A DNA stretch of 64,000 bases. It comes from the human T2T-CHM13v2.0 reference genome, Homo sapiens. Within the stretch, counting starts at the first letter, position 1; each line of letters opens with the position of its first letter. Positions 54,060 through 64,000 of the stretch are shown here, piece after piece. The stretch is taken from NCBI RefSeq assembly GCF_009914755.1, contig NC_060938.1; one strand, given 5' to 3'. The translations under genes were made by a program, and so were the position numbers. The notes under the pieces are model-generated. The model was given only the letters and a program-made list of their open reading frames with translations, searched no databases and was not told the DNA's origin.

Positions 54060-55992
54060 TAGTCAGGAATGGTGGGAAGTAACCATTCAATCCCCTTTTA
54101 TCCTCATCTCAAGTTCTGCCTGAAACAAATTGGATGTATGCAACTTTTCTTAATCTCAGAAGAGTATGGGACAAGTTTGAAAAATACAAGGCAGCTTACT
54201 AAGAATGTCAGCCAGCTTCTAAATTTATCTGACTCTTACCTAGACTTAGGATTCTGCCTATGCAGAAAATGAATCCACATAGCTACCTACCAAAAGATAG
54301 ATAATCAGACCTTAAAGTGCCACATGGGAAAATATTAAACTTTTAGTTTAGAAATAATATACACTGCCATTTAAAAGTCAAAGTGAAAGACATTTTATTA
54401 TGAAAATGTTAGTTCAAAGGTCTATTTTCATTTCTCCAAAATCTAGTTTGATTTAGGACTATAATTGCAGTAGAATGTCCTAAATAATCTGATAGTTCTG
54501 CCCCATTTCAAGTGAGTATTTGAAAGAAAAGCCTTATAACAAATAAGAAGAATTAAGCTACATAAGTTATCTTTTTATCAGGAAAGGAGGAATGCAAATC
54601 TAAATTCTGCAAGAGAGGACAGTTGCCTCATTTGAGACTCATGAGGTGACAGATGGCCAGTTATCAAAGAATAAAACATGTGAAAATGAATTCTATACAG
54701 TCATGGAACAGATCTTTTCAATTAAAAAAAACTACATGCTTGTTCCTTGTCTATCAAGAAAACATTTAAGTGGTGTGCTTTCACATTTAAAAATAGACAG
54801 CTAATCTCCAATGTACAGAGCACCATACTTTCAGTGGGTGTTATGTAGGAGAGTGAGAACTATGATGAAGGAAGCAGAGGGGAACTATCATAGTTGCAAG
54901 TTAATAAAACAGAATTTACTTTTGATTAATTACTAGTACTGTGAATAATGGTAATAGAAAATACATAGAAGTCTAAATACATGAAAGGAATAAACCAAAT
55001 ATATTTTAATGCACAGAATTTCATTTTAAAAATTTTCTTTTCCATGTGAAGTAGAGAAGAAAAGAATTCCATTTTTAAAACATCCTCTTCTAATAATTCA
55101 AGATACCTAAGTAAAAGGCAAAAATAGTGCTTTTAGAGAAATAATCTTTTGTGGCTTAATCACAAAAGGAACATCAAATAATATTTTATATATACTCGAG
55201 AACATATTATAATCACATGATAATTAAACAAAGTTCTATTTTGGAGAGAATATGTATAATCTTGTATATGGTAAAGGATGAGTCATCATTATCTTTTTAT
55301 ACAGTATTGATTTTCGTTTTTCAATTTTCATTATTTTGTTGATTTTCTAAAAGGAGGGAATTTTCATATTTTTGATACTAAAAAGGGATCATTCTAAGAG
55401 TTAGAACATTCTTTATTAGCCTTTCATAAGAGGAGACATATAAATAGCTGTTACTTTTGCATTGCTACATATAGTTCTATAAATATTATAGCACGATCAT
55501 AGAAAAGCACATAGAAAGACGGCATAACTAATTAAACCAAGACAACTCTTTAAGTATTTAGAATAGAATTATATACATTTTTATTCATGAGCTAACCAAT
55601 TTGATTACAAATGTAAAAAATAAGTTTTCAAAATACATCATTTGGAAAAAAAACCCTCTAAAATTATATGTAAGAGATATTATTTTCTGCTATAAAAATT
55701 TCCATTGCTATTTTTAGTCCACAACTGTTGCATAAAGTATTTTTTCCATAAAAGGTTCTCACACTTACAAATATAACCTCAAGATGATCAGCTGGCAAAA
55801 AATAAACAAAGACAAATTTATTTTAGACTGAAATATAAAAGAAAAAACATCAAAGAAACGTATTTTCAATTATCTATTTAACAGCCTTGAAAAGTAAAAA
55901 AATAAGGAAACCTCCCCAGAAACTTCCCCCATGTTTGGGAGATCTTTAATAATGGTGCTAGACTGAATTACGTAAGAGATCCAGTGATTTTA

Positions 55993-56166
<174 letters not shown>

Positions 56167-56787
56167 CTAGAAAAGAGAAAGAATAACGTGGAGGGCCTTC
56201 CTGAAGCACAGAAGTCTATTAACATATAAAACATTTATTGACTATCTACCACCAATACGTTTAAATAATCCCCTGTTAAAATAATCAATGGCAATCCTCA
56301 TATCTTAGAGAAAAGGGCTGAAAGATAATGTAGCTGTTTTATAATTCTATTTTGGTAATGGAAAATTTCAAGTACTGCAGTGAAATCTTTATACTGTATA
56401 TCCTTTTTCCCTTCTGTGATGAATTCTTTCATTTGCAGTGTTTTGTTTTAAGAGATGAAGTCTCTAAAAAGAAATCTGCCCTTGAATTCCTGGGCTCAAG
56501 GGATTCTCTCATCTCAGGCCTCCCGATGAGCTGGGGCTATAGGTGTGCAATTGCATCCAGCTAATTCTTTCATTTGAATTCCACTCCAACCCTCTCTATC
56601 AAGTTTACACATCTTTCTTTTTAAACTGCTGACAATAATGTGACAATAATGTGAAGTCACTTGCTTTAAATAATACAGAATCTGAATACTGACTGAGTAG
56701 AATGGGCAACTGAGTAGGATGGGTGTGCCCATGTGAGGCCTGGCACACCCATCCAATGGCAAATTAATCTTTTTAAAAGGGTAATGA

Positions 56788-56915
56788 GGCTGGGCTCAGT
56801 GGCTCACACCTGTAATCCCAGCACTTTGGGAGGCTGAGGTGGGAGGACTGCTTGAGGTCAGGAGTTCAAGACCAGCTTGGTCAACACAGTGAGACTGTCT
56901 GTACAAAAAAAATTA
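56788..56915 (+). mobile_element. FLAM_C / Alu monomer
   Basis: Left-monomer consensus with short A tail. Confidence 0.82.
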
Positions 56916-57189
56916 AAACATAAAAGTTTAAAAAGGTATTGTTTGATATTGTCATTTTGAACCTCCTGTTAGGACTCAACAGATTAGTTTCAGGGTTCCT
57001 GTTAATATTCATTACAAATACCCATAACTCACTATGGGTTTTTGCTTTAATCCCAACAATATTATCTTAATAGTTACTTTGTAAGTTATATGTTTACCAT
57101 CCTTTCTCTTCTTCTCCACCCAGGCTCTTTTCTGTCAGAATGGATAATTTCCAAAAAATAATACAGGAATTATCAAAAAGCAAAGGGCT

Positions 57190-57462
57190 ATAGATCCCAG
57201 CACATTTAGAGGCCAGGGTGAGAGGACTGCTTGAGCCCAGAAGCTCAAGACCAGCCTAGGCAACATAGTGAGACCTCATCTCTACAAAAAATAATAACAA
57301 AAATTAGCCAGACATGGTGGCGCACGCCTACAGTCCCAGCTACTCAGGAGGCTGAGGTGGGAGAATCACTTGAGCTCGGGAGGTCAAGGCTGCAGGGAGC
57401 CGTCACTGTGCCACTGCACTCCAGCCTGGGTGACAGAGACCCTGTCTCAAAAAAGAAAAAAA
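57190..57462 (+). mobile_element. AluJ
   Basis: Diverged forward AluJ. Confidence 0.85.
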
Positions 57463-57962
57463 GCAAAGGACTTAATCAGCTCTCAAATGAACACAAATGG
57501 TTTAGAAAAAGATATCATGGCAATATACTGAATTCAGGTGCTATGCATTATAAGGCCAACATCACTTCACAAACAAAATGTTTCTTTCTGTATTAGCAAA
57601 ACTCAGAATAAACTGCTTCATAAAAAAGACAATTATAAGTACATTATCCTGAAAGCATTAGACAAATTGCAGAGTGAACAACCCTTCTAACAAGAAAATT
57701 GCTCCCAGCCTACTAGACATCAAGCTAACTTGAGTTTCTACATCAGATAAAATTGAGCTTGCAGGTCTGCTACAACTGTAGGCTGGTGAGCTTTAAAAAA
57801 GATGTAAGGCAATACTTGCAGTGGTGTACGAACAGATTTAGAGTTCAACCTGGATTTGAAGGTCAGTTCTGTTATTTATTCATGATCTTGGGATGCTACT
57901 TTATCTTATTAATTCTAGGATCCTTATCAATAAAATGCAGATAGCAATGAGAAAATGTATGC

Positions 57963-58978
<1,016 letters not shown>

Positions 58979-59679
58979 GAGTACGTGAAACGCATATCAT
59001 GGCACACAAAATGAACTATGCTATTGCACAAAGGCTGAAGACCCACCATAACCAATTTCACCCATTAGTTGAAGAAAAGACTGGATACAGGGATGATCTA
59101 GGCAACTGTGCCACCATTATGAGAAAACCCAAGATACATTACAACTGCATATTAGATTGATAATGTATTTATACTAGTTTGTATAGGATTATATCATGTG
59201 ACAATTTATATTTTAGTAACTCCTGAATATATAAATAGCAAAACATCTACTTAATTTGTGACACAAATAAAAAATTAGAAATGTTGTTCATGGGACCTGA
59301 CATTAGTCTGAAGGTCAGAGATCAAGTATCTTGTCTGGGATGTAGTTATGGGCACAGCTGCAAACCCAGAGGAGAGCATCTAAGATCACCCGTTGATTCC
59401 TTGAATGATGTGAATTTCCTCTATATCATCTTCAACAGGAGACTGTCTAGTGAGCCTCTTCTTAAGCACCTTCGTGGCCAGGGGACTCATTACCTCCTCT
59501 TGTGTCGAGTGGCTTGATGAGGCAAGAGGAGGTAGAGGATCAGGGAGAGCGGTTCCCCCTGAGTCCTTGCTTCAGTGGCATTTCTTTTCTGACTACAAGA
59601 ACCAAAGAGTGAGTAGAGGATGATGCCATTTTGGGATGCTTACTGCCAGATGTGATTCTGCCTTCCCTAAGGCAGTAGT

Positions 59680-60170
59680 TTAAAGTAAATAAAAGCTTGT
59701 TGGGCTCTGAAGTTGGACTGTGTGGATTCAGATCCCAGCCTTACCACACTTACCAACTGTAAGACCTGTTACTTAACTTCTATGAGTGTCCATTTTCTCA
59801 CCTCATGGACCTATGGTAAGGACTGAATAAGACAATACATGCAGAGTGCCTGGTACAGAACCTAGACCACACAAGATATGTGATAATAAATGGCAGCAGC
59901 TATTATGGTTATGGTGCTACTGCTGCTGCTGCCTGGTCTCACCATGATGTATCATTCCTGGCAATAGCACTCGAGGATATTTCAATGTGGTAGAGAACTG
60001 GGCCCCATCGATCCTAGGTCACAGATATTACAACAGCACAACAAAGAGAGCCCAGAACTGGAGTACAGGTTCTCCTTATTAGATTCGCATTGACATGCTA
60101 TGTGACCTTAGACAAGTTTTATGAACATTCAAAATCTCAGTTTCTTTATTGGTAAAATTAGGGCAAAGCA
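59680..60170. mobile_element. Two MIR fragments (~59680-59900, ~59985-60170)
   Basis: 'ggattcagatcccagcc...gttacttaacttctatgag'; 'gctatgtgaccttagacaagt...tctcagtttctttattggtaaaat'. Confidence 0.65.
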
Positions 60171-60757
60171 CATTCAGGATTGGTTTGTGCTCTTGTGCCT
60201 CCAAGTTGTCTTAAGTAGGACTGCATCACCCCACCTGGTCTCAGGGGCAGAGAAGTGTAATGGAGCAATTTCTGTCATGTGTGAGGTGAACAGACACGAA
60301 CTGGACACACTGGCATCCTCCCATAGTTCCTGCTGCAAAGCAGGACTGAGAGCAGAAGAGGGGGCAGCATGATCTGGCCAGGGTTCTGAGCAGAATTTAC
60401 CACCTGGAGCTAGAAGATAAAAGGAGTATCTTTGCTTTCTGCTTCCTATTTGTCCTTTAGCTTGCATTAATTAGGCTCCAGGCTCTCTCAGTTTTACTCT
60501 AGAAGTGAAAGGGAAGTTGGAGGCTCAAAATTCCTGAGTCCTGAGAGGTACTCCAGGATTAAGTGATGGTGGGTAGAAGCGGCACTGGCAACAAGCACAT
60601 TGTAGCCAGTGACTGCACCACTGAGCTCCTGGCCCTCCGTCTTCCTGTCATAGGTGGTTAACTGCTGAGTGAGAAAAGCATGAGAGGTGAAGGGATAACC
60701 TGATTTGGGGTTGGGAAACAGTGTGTGGTTGGGGAGGGGTTTGAGAGGGTGGTTTCA

Positions 60758-61021
<264 letters not shown>

Positions 61022-61658
61022 TCAAGAAAGTTTTTATATCAGTACTGCCCCAAGACTAATTTTGTCTTATTTACAGTGCATTCAGAATATACATGTTACA
61101 GTATACTGTAATGAGGTTTCCATGAAAGTAATGAATTATACCACACACTAGAAAAAGTAATATTCTGGAGAAAATTATTATTTCTGAGTCAGAAAAGTAC
61201 AAATCATATGAGGAAATGAATGCTCTACTTTCCTGACAATTTAGAGTAATAAGAATATGCAATCTTAATAATAATCATCAGTTACCAAAACAACTAGATG
61301 GCTCTCAAAGCTATCAGTAGCTTGCTAAATAATTTTAGAGAAAAATATTTCAAATACACAACTAGTAGAAATGGCAATGGCTGCCAAAATCACTATGTGA
61401 GCCTGATTAAATATGTCACTGTCACAAAGACGTTTTCTCTAGATAAACTCAAAAGCAAATAAGACTATGATTTATGTCTAAAATGGATTACTTTATCAGA
61501 AAATATCAATTAGAGCTAAAAGTATAATGGACCAACTGATGAGCCAAGTGGTTAAACCTTTGGGTAAGAAAGTCTTACAATATAATACTGGTTTCAATTA
61601 AAATAAATATCTTTTAATTTACAGAATTCATGAATACCTAAGAAAGAATATTATATTA

Positions 61659-61808
<150 letters not shown>

Positions 61809-62174
61809 TCAAGAAATCAACATCATTTAACTTCAGAAAATGTCAGTAATACACAAAGGATCAATAAAATTGTAGAGTAAAATAAAATTATTAATATTAA
61901 TAAACAGGAATAGAATACATTTATAATCTAAAATTCATCTTTATAGGTAACTTCTATTTTCATCTAAATAATTATTTAAGATACATAATTCTCTATAATT
62001 GTAAAAAGAAGTTCATTCAACTTGACGTTAATTCTCTAGGGAAAATATTGCTATATCCCACTTTTAAAATTGCACTTTAGTTGAATTACTAGACTTAAGA
62101 ACATTAATTAGAGTTGGTATTTAAACACTCACAAAACCTACAAATATGTCATATAAGTTACCACATCTATATAC

Positions 62175-62300
62175 CTTCATCATTGCACTCCTGGCAACAT
62201 TTGTCACTCCAGGACGTTCAACTCCCATGTGAAACTGAAGAGGGTCTATGACAGCTGCATTACGCTTGAATAGGATGGAAGGAGCAACAAAGGAATAGCC
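62175..62300 (-). CDS. RPS6KA5: RPS6KA5/MSK1 coding exon (probably exon 10): linker with hydrophobic motif, GYSFVAPSILFKRNAAVIDPLQFHMGVERPGVTNVARSAMMK
   Basis: 126 nt, 42 codons, bounded by ttttag acceptor and GTATAT donor. GYSF (S376) and APS (S381) match the MSK1 sequence as recalled. Confidence 0.96.
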
Positions 62301-62633
62301 CTAAAAACAAGACAAAGAAAGATAAAGAAAAACAACTTGCAGTTTTCCAGTTTAACACAGATTAGATTGTAATGACTTTTTTTCCTTAGAAAAACACTCA
62401 AATATTTGTTGAGATGAGTCTAATTTTATTTTATTTGCAATCTAAAATGCAAGGTTATTTCAAATCATTTGAAAAATGCTGTTCAGAAGGATATAATGCC
62501 ATCTTCTGGTAGAACTAAACCAATTCAAAAATAAAGGTAGAAAAAGACTTCTTCCCTATTCCACCCCCAAAATCAGACTCATAGATGAAATTCTCCTGGT
62601 TTGCTGATGAAATTTGTTTACAAACATAACTAA

Positions 62634-62941
<308 letters not shown>

Positions 62942-63459
62942 ACAAAGTGGTCTTTAAATGCTATTGTTTTTCAAACTGGAAAAATGGCAAGTCTCACTAA
63001 AGTTAGTTTCTAATTTAGCAATTATTTGATTCTTATTAATATCTTCAGAATAATTAAATTTAAAATTGAGTTTTGGAAAGGAACAAAGTCTAATGGCAGA
63101 ATGATGCTCTGAGCTAAGTGGTACAAAGACGGATGATTAATCCGTTCAAGCTAGAACATTCACTAATCAACAAACATTTAAAAAAATGTTCAATAAGTGC
63201 CCAGTCACATACTAGACAGTGATAAGCAAAGAAGAAAAGACACCGTCTGGATGGCCAGATTAAGCCATACTAAAGGTATACTTATAGAAGTCAAAGAAGC
63301 AAAGCTCTGATGCCATTTAATAGTTAGAATATTTTATCTTGTGTGACAAATGCCCTTTTCTAAATATAAAATCTAAATCTTTTTTTAACAGCAGTTAAGA
63401 TTAATTACTGAAGGTAAAGAATAAGGTAACATTGTGAACTAAAGAATGTTTTTATATGG

Positions 63460-64000
<541 letters not shown>

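Overview
Primate, almost certainly human, genomic DNA, judged from its Alu/L1/MaLR content and AluYa5 diagnostics. The minus strand carries the 3' half of RPS6KA5 (MSK1). Eight coding exons (62300 down to 33657) splice at GT/AG sites in a consistent frame to give 429 aa. These match residues G374-A802 of MSK1 as I recall it: hydrophobic motif, whole C-terminal kinase domain, T581/T700 sites and the MAPK-docking/NLS tail. After the stop codon (33657) there is an AT-rich 3' region with several AATAAA signals. The best-supported distal signal is at 9469-9474, implying a possible 3'UTR of about 24 kb that contains an antisense L1 block, inverted Alus and a full-length MER75 piggyBac MITE. Bases 1-9300 are repeat-rich intergenic DNA. 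Nearly all other ORFs in the track are Alu/L1/LTR artefacts. I found no convincing new protein-coding system. The most interesting leads are cis-regulatory: (i) a 14-bp hairpin with an AATAAA in its loop and a miR-17-family 8mer in its stem, inside a TGCACT seed cluster; (ii) a sense-oriented MER75 keeping a PGBD4-like ORF, in-frame splice acceptors and a poly(A) signal; (iii) built-in routes to truncated kinase isoforms; (iv) a very young AluYa5 arm nested in an older Alu. Repeat boundaries and subfamily names were assigned by eye and are approximate.
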